From Octopus vulgaris (Eukaryota), in assembly GCA_951406725.2 (NCBI GenBank), contig OX597817.1, forward strand, positions 20,894,001 to 20,958,000: DNA of 64,000 nt, read 5' to 3'. Every line of letters starts with the position of its first letter. Position 1 is the first letter of the stretch. The position numbers and the translations under genes are program-made. Below, in pieces: positions 38,516-53,319 of the stretch. The notes beneath the pieces were generated by a model. It was not told the origin of the DNA, did no database searches, and saw nothing but the letters and a program-made list of their open reading frames with translations.

Positions 38516-40149
38516 TATATGTATATGTATATAAAAGCGTGCTTGTGTCTTACACACTGATATGCAATATGTATCAGTTTTTTTTTCTATATTACTGCCT
38601 ATATTATATTCTCTCTGGAATCAAAATTATCTGAAGTAATGTTAAACTCTGCCCTACTCTCATTCGCCTGGCACACCCAAACCAACGTTCAAGGCTACGG
38701 AATTAAACATGTGAGTGAATGTTAAATAAGTGTACAGCACGATTTTAGCGAAGGAGAATGAGTATGCATTGAAAGATAGAGATTCGTATGCAGTTGCTGA
38801 CGGAATGCCTCACTGTCAAACATAACACTATGTTATATCGACGTACCAATAGCTCCTATTAGCTGTCATTCGAGTTACTATGAATATTAACCACTTTCGC
38901 TCTGACTCCATCAGACTGTTTCTTAAAAAGATATTTTGTAGATATAGCGAAGTATATAATATTCACAAAATTAATAAATGGCCATTGCTAAGATATCTCT
39001 GATCATACGCTCATTATTTCCTGGCTTGCGGATAAACAATAAGATCTATATTTGTATCCACATAGTTTTTTTATAAATACTTTGATAGACATTATGCTGT
39101 AGATCTTGTTAATCTCTGTAACAATATTATGCACTTATATACACAAAAACATTAATAGCGGAAAGTGCTCAACATGTAATTGTCAATAGAAGACTATTAG
39201 CCAGAAAAATTTAATCAATGTCGGACTACTAGACAGGAGCTTGTCATTTGGACAAAGAGGGGCAAATTTCAAAAGATTCGAAAATATTAATAGAAATGCT
39301 CCATATAATTTGTATTATTGTCATTAAACATAACTCCATTAAAGATGACTTATCTTTTATGTTTTACTTGCGTCAGTCTGTAGATTGTGAATATACTGCA
39401 GCACCACTTTGAAGGGCTATAGTCAGACGGATCGACCTCAGTAATTAGATAAATCTGTTCTTCATGAAAAAATAAACCTGCTCTTCATGAAACAAAAGAA
39501 TTCCATGTCTTTGAACATATAAATTTAGTAGACGAAGTTTCTGAGGTGGTTGACCCTAAAAGTAAGTTTAAAACGGTAAACAATGAGTTACTATTGAATG
39601 ACAGAAAATTACGTCTCAAATAATTTACCTACATGTCACTATGGTCAATAAGTTCAGTGGTATACCTACATTTCTGACTTTAAAAAATAGTTAACACGAA
39701 ATGGCAATTGCAATCGCTATAAATAGTATAGCTGTGTATGATGCTAAATTGACGGCCCTGCGTTTTGTGGCGAACAATGCCTATTATTTTACGTTAAAGA
39801 TTTTACTCTATAAGTCTGCTTTACAATAAATAATACCTGTACATATTAGCTCAAACTGACAGGAAATTAATATGCTTTTGTTTAACCTAGATTTTACAAA
39901 CTATTTTATAATTTATTAACAAGCAAATAATTAACATGAAAGAAATTTAATAAAACATCCTACACATAAGGAGTTAGTGGCTTCCCTACCGATATGTCTG
40001 GCAGGCTTTTCATAATACATGTCTTTCAAGATATATCAATAACTTGGAATTGCACATCACTAAAAAAAAAGAGGGGAAGCAACTCATTCGAAAGGTGGGC
40101 AAATTCTTAAATTTGCAACCACAAATACCAAATAGCCTTCAAGCAATCA

Positions 40150-40550
40150 ATAATTCTTTTGTATTCTACGTACATGGCCCGATATTATTAGGGAAGTAGT
40201 CAGTAAATTAGATCGCCCTCAGTACGCAAATGTTATTCAATTTATCGACCTCGAAAGGATGAAAGGGAAATCGACCTCAGCGGAATTTGAAATCAGAACG
40301 TAAAAACAGACGAAATACCTATTTCTTTACTACCCACAAGGGGCTAAACACAGAGAGGACAAACAAGGTAGGCAGACGGATTAAGTAGATTATATCGACC
40401 CCAGTGCGTAACTGGTACTTAATTTTTCGAACCCGAAAGGATGAAAGGCAAAGTCGACCTCGGCGGAATTTGAACTCAGAACGTAACGGCAAACGAAATA
40501 CTGATAAGCATTTCGCACTGCGTGCTAACGTTTCTGCCAGCTCACCGCCT
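40150..40550 (-). mobile_element. SINE family B, two tandem/nested copies
   Basis: atcgacc..gaaaggatgaaagg..aa.tcgacctc.gcggaatttgaa.tcagaacgta occurs twice (about 40245-40320 and 40430-40550). Confidence 0.85.
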
Positions 40551-41933
40551 TACAAGCAAGCAATAATAGGATACTATTATGAAATCTTTGGAAAGCAATA
40601 TTTTCCATGTAGTTAGTGCAAATGATCCTAGAATATCATAAATTTTTCTACGTGATCCTGACTACAAACGAAGTTCGTGCCAAATATAAAGATACTTAAA
40701 AAAATAAACACTGAAATGTTTCAGATTTTTTTAGTAAAACTTAAAAGTCATGCAAACTGAAAAAAGAAATTTTAGACACAAACATAAATTTATTTTACTG
40801 AAACGAGATATACAGATGTATTAGAAATTTGTTAAAGTATCAAACAAGCACTATACTCTACCTATGTTGATCAACATTAATTATGTTAAAACGTTTGCTT
40901 ATATTGAAGTATGGTGGATAAAGAACACATGTAGCTATAACGCAGCACCTATCAAATTCTATTAATGGTATATGTAATAATTATTGATTACACATATAGG
41001 CATTCAATAAACTATCTGCGCAAGATAATTCGAAAACTGAAAAGTTGAACATCGTAATGGAAGATATCGTATGCGTGATAAAAACAAGTGTCATTAATGC
41101 GCCGGTAAAGGTATAAACTTTCGCTCTATAATGCTCCAAAAGGTTGACACAAATAGATAAACACAAAATGTACAAAAGGGCAAATTGAATGGGTGATATT
41201 CGAAACAATGATGCAAATTGAATATTGCCTCTATATAGTAACAAGTTATGAAATAGACTCTCTGGAGATAATAAGTAAATAGTTATGGCAAATACATGGG
41301 AAGATAACAATACTCTTGATGGCGGAATTTCTACAGATGCTACGGCCAATACTAGTTAGTAAAAACTTTATAGGAAGAGTTTAAAGACAATTAAAACAAT
41401 TAAATCAACGCAGCAAGCACGCAGATTCATTTGACTCTTTCAACTGTGACACATATATCACAAAAGTTGAAAACATATGCGACAGAAAAATCACACGCCA
41501 ACTGCAAAATACCAAATAAACCAGCACTATAAAGTGTCAAGTAGTAACAGCTTGGAGTAACAATATTATTATATGTGAACGATTCAGTTAGCATTTGAAT
41601 ATATTGAAATAGAAGCGGCTTCCATTTGAACTAACATATACGGCGTAAATATTATTGCTCAATCAGTGAACTCAGTTTCCTTAACATGACTATATAATCC
41701 TATTATATAATGCTTAATAAAGAACAAGATAATTCTGCATATGTAATGAATGTAAAACATTAGTTCAAATGATGCAAAATCAATGCAACATACTCAAGAC
41801 ATGCATCTCTTCCTCCCCAAATTATTTTTACATTTATGTTCTTCTATATTTAAATATGCACATGTACGCATTATTTTATATGCATTTACATATATATATA
41901 TGTAGTCCACGCGAGTAAATGCATGTATGCATG

Positions 41934-41977
<44 letters not shown>

Positions 41978-42344
41978 AATATATATATATATATACATAC
42001 ATACATACACGCATACATACACATATGTAAATGTTACTATATATGTTATATTCTTAACTATGGAGATTTTATCAATTGCATCTGTAAATAACATTCACTT
42101 CCCTAGCGCCGTTTTTAAAAGATGCGATTAAAACAAAATCTGCTAGGCTAGAATCTAATTTCTTCCAATGAGAAGATACATAGAAAAATATATAAAATTT
42201 TATATAAACTTAATGAACAATTTACCCATTCTTTGATAGCCACAGGTGTGATGTAAAATAGGTAACAGATAACAAAACATCGACAGAAAAAGAAAAAAAC
42301 AACATTAGAAATATAACAAATGTTTCTCATTTGTGCGCAAAACC

Positions 42345-42475
42345 AATAATTTAGAGAGGTGTGGTTAGATTAAACTTTCAACCCAAATACTGTACGTTAT
42401 CTTATCGATACTGGTAGCATGAAAGACGAAGTTGATCTCGACGAGATTTGAACTTAGACAGCAACGATCCGGAAT
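42345..42475 (-). mobile_element. SINE family B, degraded fragment
   Basis: ttatcgatactggtagcatgaaagacgaagttgatctcgacgagatttgaactt resembles the family B core. Confidence 0.5.
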
Positions 42476-43501
42476 GCGATAATAAAATAATATGCAAATC
42501 TTTATAAAATAAGAAACAATGGAATCTACAAATGGCTAACAATGCCCGGTGTCAAGACATAAATTAACTTGAGAGCACAATCACTTGTCCATAGCTTCAA
42601 CAAAAATAAATCAATAAAAGAACGTGTCTTATAAACTTTGCAGTATAATTGCAGATACTTGCAGTAAAGCTGTGCAAGCTATAAAGTGAACAATAATGTT
42701 TGGTGGTATTGTTCTAGTTCTTAATATGTTTTTTAGCTCTATATCAATTCTCACTGTCAGAATTGTTACAAAAGGCATTTAAACCATGCACAACTAATAC
42801 TTCTTTTAGAGTGTAATACGTAAAAAGTTTAATGTCAAGGATAATTGGTCACTATTTCGAGCCTGTCAAATGACAGCTAAGCGTAAAGTTGCTGGCTTCT
42901 TGATGCAGTCTTTGACATTGAAATTTTTATCATTCTCGACGCTCTCGGCATGAAAGAATTAAAGTCCCTGCCACCATCAATAAATAAAGAAATTATTAGA
43001 TAAATAAATACACTTAAAACCGCAAAATGCAAGTCAGACAAGGTTTATGTTAGAAATATTTGTTACACTGGGAAAACTGTACTTCGCTTCTATCAAAGCT
43101 TCAGCTGCAAGGGAGAAAATGTAAAATTTGTCGTTTATTCGTTCACTGTTTTCTGTATTTCTGCAGTTTACCTTGAGGCATAAACAATATTCAAAATTTA
43201 GGAAATTGTATAAGAATAATCAGTGTACTAATTCTAAACGTCTCTTGTAGTGACTGCAATACGCACAGCCATATTTTATTTTGTGCTATCAAAATTGAAG
43301 ATCTAATTATATACAGACAACGGTAGAAATGTACCAATACTCAGAAATACCCGCACACATACATACACACACACACACACACACAAACACACTCACACAT
43401 GCACACACACACACATATATGTTGAAAGCAAAGGATGTTTTAACTCGTGTAATCACGCTTGAAATTGAAAGGCAATATATGGAACTCTGAAAATTTGTTC
43501 A

Positions 43502-43920
43502 GGCGCAGGAATGGCTGTGTGGTAAGTAGCTTGTTTACCAACCTCATGGTACCGGGTTCAGTCCCACTGCGTGGAACTTTGGGCAAGTGTCTTCTACTAT
43601 AGCCTCGGGCCGACCAACGCCTTGTGAGTGGATTTGGTAGACGGACAACTGAAAGAAGCCCGTCGTATATATGTATATATATATATATATATATGCGTGG
43701 GTGTATTTCTGTGTCTGTGTGTGTCCCCCTAGCATTGCTTGACAACCGATGCTGGTGTGTTTACGTCCCCGTTACTTAGCGGTTCGGCAAAAGAGACTGA
43801 TAGAATAAGTACTGGGCTTACAAAAGAATAAGTCCAGGGGGCCAGGTTGCTCGATTAAAGGCGGTGCTCCAGCATGGCCGCAGCCAAAAGACTGAAACAA
43901 GTAAAAGAGTAAAAGAGTAA
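43502..43920 (+). mobile_element. tRNA-derived SINE family C (CORE-like), full length
   Basis: Head ggcgcaggaatggctgtgtggtaag...gggttcagtccc (A/B boxes), CORE-like ttgggcaagtgtctt, internal microsatellite, tail (gtaaaaga)n. Confidence 0.85.
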
Positions 43921-44905
43921 ATGCTTCCTCTTATAAGTATAATAGTTCACACTCCACCACAGTATTTGTTACCTTATTTCCCAACAACAGCTTCTTTTCG
44001 TGGGACACTTGAAGGCTTGAAATTAATAGGCATGGATCCTTATAGTAATATAAAAAATTTGAAAATATGTGTCTGCGGGTCTGTCTAATTATGTGTGTGT
44101 TTGTGCGTGTGCATGTGTGCATTGTTTGTATATGTATGTGTGTTTGCATGTGTATTTGTGTGTGTGTTTCTATATGTATTTGTGTGTGTGCTTATATGTG
44201 TGATTGCGTGTGTGTGTGTATGTGCGCTTTTTGTATGTGTGTATGTATGCTTGTATCAACGTATTAGCTCTAACAATTTGAATTTTAAATATTTTTTCCC
44301 ATCATTTTCCACGTAATGATACGATTATTTGTATCTTTCGATTACTTCACTCCTACTTTTAATTCATTTTGTTTTGGCTATTAATCAATGCTGTGATTAT
44401 AAGAAACTGAAGTAAACTTCAAAACTATTAAATTTTAATATAATTACAGTGCATAAATCTAAACTTCAATCTAACCATTAGACTCCAAGCCTAGCAGATG
44501 ATATTAAAAGTCTATTCTAAGAAAATCAACGTTTTTAAACGTATTTTATTTTTGTTTAAATTGACCTGACACTTGATACTTCATCGTAACTTATTTTTAA
44601 TATAACTTACTCCTATGAGACCAATTGAACTCACAATCGTGAAATATAGCTGTGAAATTGTTCAGTCATGTAAAGTTTCTTATTTCTCATTGCAGAGAAT
44701 TTTATCAAATATCTAAATTTTCCGGAATATTTGAAGTTTTGAGCATATCTTATCCTTTTTTTTTTTATATTATACTGTGACTGTGCATTCAGTTTCAATT
44801 AAGTTGTTATTACTTTTTATATGTATTTGTATGTATGTAAGAGTACATAGCTATAGTTGTGTATATGGATTTTTTCGTTTTTACCTATATATACGTATGT
44901 ATATA

Positions 44906-44956
<51 letters not shown>

Positions 44957-44957
<1 letters not shown>

Positions 44958-45328
44958 GCCTGTGGCATGTAGGATGCACCATTCGAGCAAGATCGTTACC
45001 AGCATCGCCATACTGGGACCTGTGCCGTTGGCATCTGTCAAAAAAATTGAGCGAGGTCGTTGACTATACCGCCTGACTGGCCCCCGTGCCGGTGGAAAGT
45101 AAAAGCACCCACTACACTCTCGGAGGGGTTGGCGTTAGGAAGGGCATTCAGCTGTAGAAACTCTGCCAGATCAAGACTTGGGCCTAGTGCAGCCATCTGG
45201 TACGCCAGCCCACAGTCAAACCGTCCAACCCATGCTAGCATGGAAAGCGGACGTTAAATGACGACGACGACGACGACGATGATGATGATCATGATGATGA
45301 TGATGATATATGATGATGATGATGATGA

Positions 45329-45335
<7 letters not shown>
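44957..45335 (+). mobile_element. Retroposon 3' end (RTE-like tail) with (GAC/GAT)n tail
   Basis: ttggcgttaggaagggcattcagctgtagaaac...aacccatgctagcatggaaagcggacgttaaa followed by a (gat)n tail; family assignment is from recall. Confidence 0.6.
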
Positions 45336-45391
<56 letters not shown>

Positions 45392-46217
45392 CATAAATAT
45401 ATATGGAGACCGAATATATATATATTTTTTGTCTTCACGAGTTTGTAAACGAACGCTAGCGCTAATAAAGGATTATCCAAATATCCAAAGTGCTGGCTGC
45501 CTCTTCTTTTTCAATATACAGTATCTATACACAGACGCGCACACACAAATACACACACATATACTTACATAGATCTATGTGTATGCGCGTATATGTGTGT
45601 ACGCATGTGTGCATGTGATTTAAATATTCGTATTTGCCTTACTAAGTTACAATCCTGCAACAATGTGCATTTGCCTTCCATAGAACGAACAATTTATTCA
45701 TCACAATAGTAATATTAAACAGAAAAATTATTTACATACATACATTTATTCGTAAACAAACATTTTTGCTCATCTCATAACAAAAAGTTGGCTTTTCCTG
45801 AATACTTTGATCAATATACGTTAGAAATATGAAAACCTCTTCTCGCTTGAAACAATGCAAAAGTTTCATTATGTGTACGTTTGTTATTTAAATGCGAGTG
45901 CATATGAACAGAAATTTAAATGTTTTGTATTTTTTCCTAAATACACTATTGTTTTATCAATGATATGTCTTTCAGGTGTATATAACTGAGACACATAAAA
46001 TATAAAATATTGAATGTGTTAATTAAATTTCAAATACATTCACTGAAATATATTTCGTTATGAACTGAGATTCATAAATTTCTAACTCAATATGTTCCGT
46101 GTCGGTTATTCAATTCCTGCACTTACGCGCATATTCTGAATATATCGCATATGTGTGCGCGCGTGAGTCTGTGTGTGTGTGCATTTGTGTCTGTGCGTGT
46201 GTACGTGAGTGTAAACC

Positions 46218-46257
<40 letters not shown>

Positions 46258-46379
46258 CTGTGTGTGAGTGTGAGTGTGTGTGTCTGTGTGTGTACGTATA
46301 CGTGCAAACACAGACATGTACACACGTTTCTAGAATTAATAATTTATTCATAATCGATATTTTCTAAATATCGACCAAA

Positions 46380-46810
46380 TATTACGCAATTTACAGCCAA
46401 TAATTATGAATGAAGTGCTAATTGCTCAATGGAGTTCTCATTGCAAAATATTACTTGACACACTATGGCATTACTTCCATCAAAGAACATTGTGTACCCA
46501 TGCACCGGCCCGTAGCCTACTATCTCATAGCTATTCGTCCTCTGCGCTGGTTCGGACATGTAAACTTTCTCCGCTGGATTATTTTGCCAGGGCTATATTT
46601 TCATTCGATGTAGCAGCAGCAAGCTGAAAGAGGCCACGTGACAGTCCCCCAACCATATGGCTGGACACGATCGGGGAAGATTTCCAGAGAGTCGACGTCA
46701 TCTGGAAGGAGGAATGGAGACTCGCTGTGGTGGACATCTGTAGGCTATACTATGAAACGCAATCCGGATGAAACGCAACCGCATCAATCAAGACCAAGAA
46801 GTGAAGCAAT
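46380..46810 (+). pseudogene. RTE-type LINE C-terminal fragment
   Basis: AIRPLRWFGHV...RAIF...*KRPRDSPPTIWLDTIGEDFQR matches the RTE-clade RRLRW.GHV...KRPRGRP..RW.D.I..DL motif. Confidence 0.7.
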
Positions 46811-46948
46811 ATATATATATATACTCTTTATCTTAATACGTTTTGATAGTTTATAAAAAATAGATAAATAAATATAAAAATATGAAAAAAAAATAAAATA
46901 TAAAAAAAAAATAATAATACAAAAAATAAATAATAAAATAAAATAATA

Positions 46949-46987
<39 letters not shown>

Positions 46988-47171
46988 ATTTATAACTTAA
47001 ATGATTAATTTAAATAATTTGTTTTAATTTTTAACTTTAATTTAAATATTTTAATTGGATTTTTATATTTTATATTTTATATTTTTTATATATTTTTAAA
47101 TTAATTTTATTTCTATGTATTGGCTTATGATTTTCACTGTTTGATTTGCCTAGTAGTGGTTTTATCTCTAA

Positions 47172-47242
<71 letters not shown>

Positions 47243-48381
47243 CATATACATACATACACACATACAAATACGCAAACACACACGCGCACACACATAATTA
47301 TCATAGTATAAAAGAGGTTATACCTTTCGAGATAACATTATGAAGAATCATCAATATTACTAATTACAATTGTTGACGCGATAATGTCTCACACAGTCTG
47401 GTCAGATATATAACCAGTGACATCGAAGGTAACGTCCACAACCTTATATAACATAATCTGCACGATTACTGCTCGCCTGTGTAAATTCATGACTACAATA
47501 TATTTCATATAAAAAGTGATTTGTTGTGATGCATGGATAACTAACTTATTATCTTTTACGCTTACATTCTCCAGAAATGTATTACCATAAGTCACAAACG
47601 TGTATGTGCTTCACTGTGGATTCTGCAACTCTTCGTTTCTAAATAATCACGGTAACACTAGCAGTATATTCTCTTTGCGGACGTGGAATTATATTAATTC
47701 CGTTACCCAACCAAGATCATATTCATGCTACCTAATTATCTTTACAGAAGAATGCACGTAACGTGCATGAGATTAAACGCCATTTTACTATGATCCAGTA
47801 GCTCAACCTCAGATTTCTACATAAACAACTCTAAATCTACCTATCTATCTAAACGTTGCCAACCCAAAATCAAGAAAAACTGGATGCCCTCGACTCAGGC
47901 CATATAGGTCTCGTCGCCAAACTGAAAAGCTCGTCTGTCTAAATTGCTATGCATCTAGCCGCAAAAATATATTCGTATGTAATTGAAAGCTACCAAAAGA
48001 GAAACAAGACTTTATAATGAACGGCATTTGAATGTCAGGGAAAAATAAAAGCCGTATATTATGTCGCAGAAATGGAGTCATCGAAAACCAAAGGAGGATA
48101 CACATACAGAGATATATTCGGGCAATGAAGGGATCCTTCAACCCGATGTTAAATAATCACAGATAATATTTTCGAACCGAAAGGGGGTGCGATATTTCAG
48201 AGTTTCAAAATGAGGACACAATGCGATAGTAAGTGAACTGAGGGAAGTGAGCATTGCAAGATCTGCTTCAAAGAAAATACACAAAATTGGTGTGGTCTCT
48301 TGAAATCTAAAATCGAAATATTTGGACGTTGCTCTAATGAGCGCAAATCCGTGGCTTTATTCAGATGGGGGCAAGAGAAAG

Positions 48382-48433
<52 letters not shown>

Positions 48434-48569
48434 ACACACACAACATCCACCACCTCCACCACAACTGACGAGTTCCAAACACGGCTAACGTAAAGTTTTC
48501 CATCAAGGAAAATTCTATAAAATTTCAGTGTTTCCTTCCGGGTGTTTGTTAGGACAACGACATACGCAG

Positions 48570-48639
<70 letters not shown>

Positions 48640-48711
48640 AAATAAAACGGTAATTTAACAAAAGAAAGAAAGAGACCTCAATATTATGTAAATAGAGGAA
48701 ATTTATCTATA

Positions 48712-49756
48712 AAATAATATGTTACATTACTCGGTAGTCAAGATAAAACTCTGAGTTTCAGATGCCGAAGTGGAAATCCGCAACATCATCTCTTCGGTTA
48801 TCTGGCTATTTTAAAACGCTATGAAAAAATACCGTTAAATAAAGGGAAATTACTGTGTTATAACACTGCTTGCCTGCGTACTTATACATCGCTCGCATTT
48901 TTCGTCATAAAAATTATATAAAAATACATAAAAAATATACAAAAATATATAAAAATATATAAATTCTTCTTGGGACATAACATAGAAAGCATGTTCTATC
49001 TGTTTTCTTTAGGGGACCAAAAACGTAACAGAAATTTAGTCACATGTGGGCATGATCAAAAGCTCTGTCCTTGTATTTAGACATGTAGTAGGGTCTAAGC
49101 TGCTTTTCCAGATAAGCCATCTCTCCATGTTGCATAGACCGCACCTTCCGCTGCCGTTGGTATAGGGCTTACATCTGGCCAAAATCTTCCATTGTATGTT
49201 ATAATTGACATCTTTATCTCTTAAAGAACAAATATAATTAAATAATTTGTCGCTTTTCTTTTGTTCCAGTGCCTAAAGCTCAAAGTGTGGTTATTGAACC
49301 TGGCCTTGAAATTACCCCTCTGTAAGGCCCACGTATTTCTTCGTCGAAACGGTGTCTTTAGTGGTTATAGAGTTTACGGTAGCTTCATATATGATGGTGT
49401 TGGACATGCAAGCTCCATTTAGTGGGCACAATTCTTTATTCCTGCATGAACAGCTGTTTTCTTGTGTTTTTTGTATGTTATGTTTGATTATGTTCTTAAA
49501 ATTGGTAGTTGAACTAAAACTAATTTTTAAATTGTGTCTATTGAAGAGTTTCCTATAAGTATGGTTAACTGGAAAATGTCTATCTATCAGTGCTAGGAAA
49601 TATTTACCTATATTGAAGGCCACCTCGGGTGAGTAAGGTATTTTTTCATAGCGTTTTCAAATAGCCATATAACTGAAGAGATGGTGTTGTGGATTTCCAC
49701 TTCGGCATCTGAAACTCAGAGTTTTATCTTGACTACCGAGTAATGTAACATATTAT

Positions 49757-49757
<1 letters not shown>
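48712..49757 (-). mobile_element. 5'-truncated Penelope-like element with GIY-YIG domain, flanked by ~120 bp inverted repeats
   Basis: ORF 49312-49623 (NIGKYFLALIDRHFP...KLFNRHNLKISFS...CSCRNKELCPLNGAC...IIYEATV...YVGLTEG) continues after a frameshift as FKARFNNHTLSFRH...YNIQWKILARCKPY...CGLC; 48712-48834 is the reverse complement of 49637-49757. Confidence 0.88.
49665..49733 (+). ncRNA. Minimal type I hammerhead ribozyme motif in the Penelope inverted repeat
   Basis: ataa-CTGAAGA-gatg...catc-t-GAAA-ctcagag-TT-ttat; palindromic stem III (aactc-a-gagtt); predicted GUU cleavage after 49723. The minus-strand copy at about 48735-48805 has a CCGAAGA core variant. Confidence 0.6.
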
Positions 49758-49803
<46 letters not shown>

Positions 49804-49834
49804 TATATACATGCATACATACATACATACATAC

Positions 49835-49900
<66 letters not shown>

Positions 49901-52699
49901 CTTGTATATATACATGCGAACTGAGGTTTACTTATTTTTGCGACACATTTTATCTACTAAAAGGCAAATTCACTAATGCTACCTCGGAGAATACGAGTAA
50001 TATTTGTATATACATTACTTGCTATAGCATATACGGTGTATTATTGATGAAAATGTTTCGCTCGGTTTGGAGGGTAACTTTTTGCAACTTTTGCAGTAGG
50101 TAATGTAAAGTATTCTTCAGATATTCTGTCTCGAAGAGCTGAAGAAATTTTATCCAGGCGACATGTATGCATACATAGAAACACACGTGACTTGTATTCT
50201 CGACCAGAAGGAAACCTGTGAAAAGTTATAACACTTTTGCGGCTGGAAGGAATGATTTCAACTGAGTCTGGACCTCATCAGTTGTGTGTATGTGTGTTTG
50301 TGTGGGGTGCATGTATGGCTTTGTCTTGTGCAAATTCTGTATAAGGCTACGGATAACTGCTTAGGAGAGCAGAGGCCGAATAGTTCAATTCTATATATCC
50401 TCCACACACGCAAACACACATACACATGCAGACACAAACAGCGGTACACACAGACACACACTAACAGACACATACACACATACACACATATATGTATTGT
50501 GATCCTATATACGTCAAGCATATATATATACATATCCTATATGCGTTGAGCAAAACTTTTCTTTATATCTATTACATATTGATTATAAAGATGAAGTTTA
50601 AACTCGTTTAATCTTCATATAAGAAAATGGGAAATTTTTCTTTGAATCATTTTTAGATTTCATATTAAAAAATATATATAACATATAGAAATAAAAACGA
50701 TAACAAAAACAATATAGAAATAAAGGGAAAACTTATTAAATTGGAAATGATAAATTCATACTATTGCAATATTTTAGAATTATGTGATAAGAAAATAATA
50801 AAAATGAAAGATGTATATATAGGCAGACATATATAACATATCGTCCGCCTATGCTAGCAACCGCATGTTCATTGGTAAAACAAACAATTAAAATGCGAAT
50901 AAACGTTAACTGTGAAATCCTTATTATGTTGTACAGCTTTAAAATTTAGTTCTTTTTCTGTTTATTATTTTGTATATTTAAAAAAAAAATTAATGGAGAT
51001 GGCTATATATTGGATAGGAATTAATTGAATTGCGATGCATATAAAGATATCTGTGATCGGGAAAATGAAATTATAAAAATGTAATCCCAAATATTTCTCG
51101 ACATTTATTGCCAAAGGTTTCAATCCCAGAATTCTCATATCTTTTTCTTCTATTTCCTTTGTTTTTTCAACGCAATTTTTTTATTGATTGCAACAAAAGC
51201 TATTTAACTTGTCTTACGACAGTTTATAGCTATAAACATGATAGATGAAATTGCCATATGTATGTGTGTGTATGTGTGCGAGTCTTACAATACCAGATGG
51301 GGCTCTTGGTCTTGTATTTACGTTCACATCAATTCATATCAAGCACATGCATGATCAAAGACATTCTCCACATAACAACCCAATCTAGTCTTTCTAGAAT
51401 TACATTTAGGGCAAAGCATTTATTTAAGCCGTAGCTATATGAAACATTTGTCGGTCATTTGTAGTAAGCTGAGAGACGTGCAAGGTATATAACGTTACAT
51501 TACAGCATTTATAGTGGTTAATATATGTCTGACATATTGCAGTCATATCTACACATCTCGGCTAAGTAACAAATATAAATCACGGAAAATGATGCACGGT
51601 GACATTAGATAATATGTATGTAGATACATACACACACTGACACATGTACAGACAAATGCACACATATACATACAAACATACATTCATACATACACATACA
51701 TATATACACAAGCACACACATTGCATACTTAATTCTAGATGTCTTTCGTGCCTACTCGACCCTGATATGTAAATAAAGTCCATAGGATCAGTGGAGAAAA
51801 TCTCGTAAGTGATTGATAGGGGAATGAATGCACTTCCTCCACTGACAATGGAGAATAAATCTGTATTATTCCACCTTGAAGTAGTTATTTCTTGATACTT
51901 CACTAAGATGTATGCCAAGTGCATTTCAGAATGTCTGTTTATCATAATTTCTACTGCAAACTAATTATTTAATAAGACGAGCAATACTGCGTGCATTCTT
52001 CTTTCATAATAGATTAAATAAAGCTAACGCTAATAATTCATTTACCCTGAAATGTTATACAGAACCCATCGCATAATCATTCTTTTGATAAATTTAAAAC
52101 CGATATTTAGGAGATGTAATTCAACGTTAAATTATCTAGATTTGCTAGAGCCAACCAAAAAAGAATTAAATTTAACTGTTCTTCAAATCCACAGGAAAAC
52201 CTACCTAAACTTAGGATATGTTCGCCAGTGACAATACGGATTTTTACTTATCTATCTCTCAGCTCGAATCAAACAAAGGAAAACCATCTTGAATCCACAC
52301 CTGTGTCATCGAAGAAAATATTGTTGTATATTCCAGCATTAATCCGCGTGCAACGCCGATTCTATAAAAGATTTGACAACTTCCTCTTCATAATATTGCA
52401 TGTTATATGTATATTTAGAAACGCTTTAACCAAAGAAAGTTTATGTAATTGACGTACTTCTTATATATTAGCATACCTGAAACAAACGTATTAACATATT
52501 TCAAAATATCAGTATTTGGTTTGACTTCTTTGCAACAACTAATACGACGCGATGCCAGTACAAACAATCTTGCCTTGACTCCACTCATACAGATGCCCTA
52601 ACAATGAGTTGCAGTAGTGGGTTATATTAGGCTGAAGTCAAAAATTGTATAATCGTGCACCTCTTTTCATTATAACACGAAATGTATATAGGCTTCTTA

Positions 52700-53082
52700 A
52701 TCTTTCACTGGTTTCAGTCACTTGACTGTAGCTATGCTGCAGCACCGCATTAAAGTGTTTTAGTCCGGCAAATCGACATTATTGTTAAAAAGCCTAGTAC
52801 ATAAGCCATCGGTTTCGGTTGTCGAGCCACTACGTTACGGGGACGTAAACACACCAACACAGACTCTCAAGCGGTGATGTGGGGAGACTCAGAGAAATAA
52901 AGGCGTGCACACAGGTATACACATACATATTTAAGACGGGTTCATTACATTTTCCGTTTGCAAAATCCACTGACAAGGATTTTGTTGCCCCGAGGCTATA
53001 TTACGTGATGCTTGACCAAGGTACCACGCAGTGTGACTGAAACCGGAAGGAACCATGTGGTTGGAAAACAAGCTTCCTACCT
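52700..53082 (-). mobile_element. SINE family C, diverged full-length copy
   Basis: gtttcagtc...gctgcagcaccgc...tacggggacgtaaacacacca...aaatccactgacaagg...ccgaggctata...ccacgcagtg.gactgaa matches 43502-43920 reversed. Confidence 0.8.
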
Positions 53083-53114
53083 CATACACATGTGCGCGTG
53101 CAGATATGTGTGTG

Positions 53115-53160
<46 letters not shown>

Positions 53161-53244
53161 GGGCAAACAAAAATGACCATCCCAAAATACAAGAATATAT
53201 ATACATACATACATAAATACAAATATACATATATACATATATAT

Positions 53245-53305
<61 letters not shown>

Positions 53306-53319
53306 TAAACAAATAAGTA

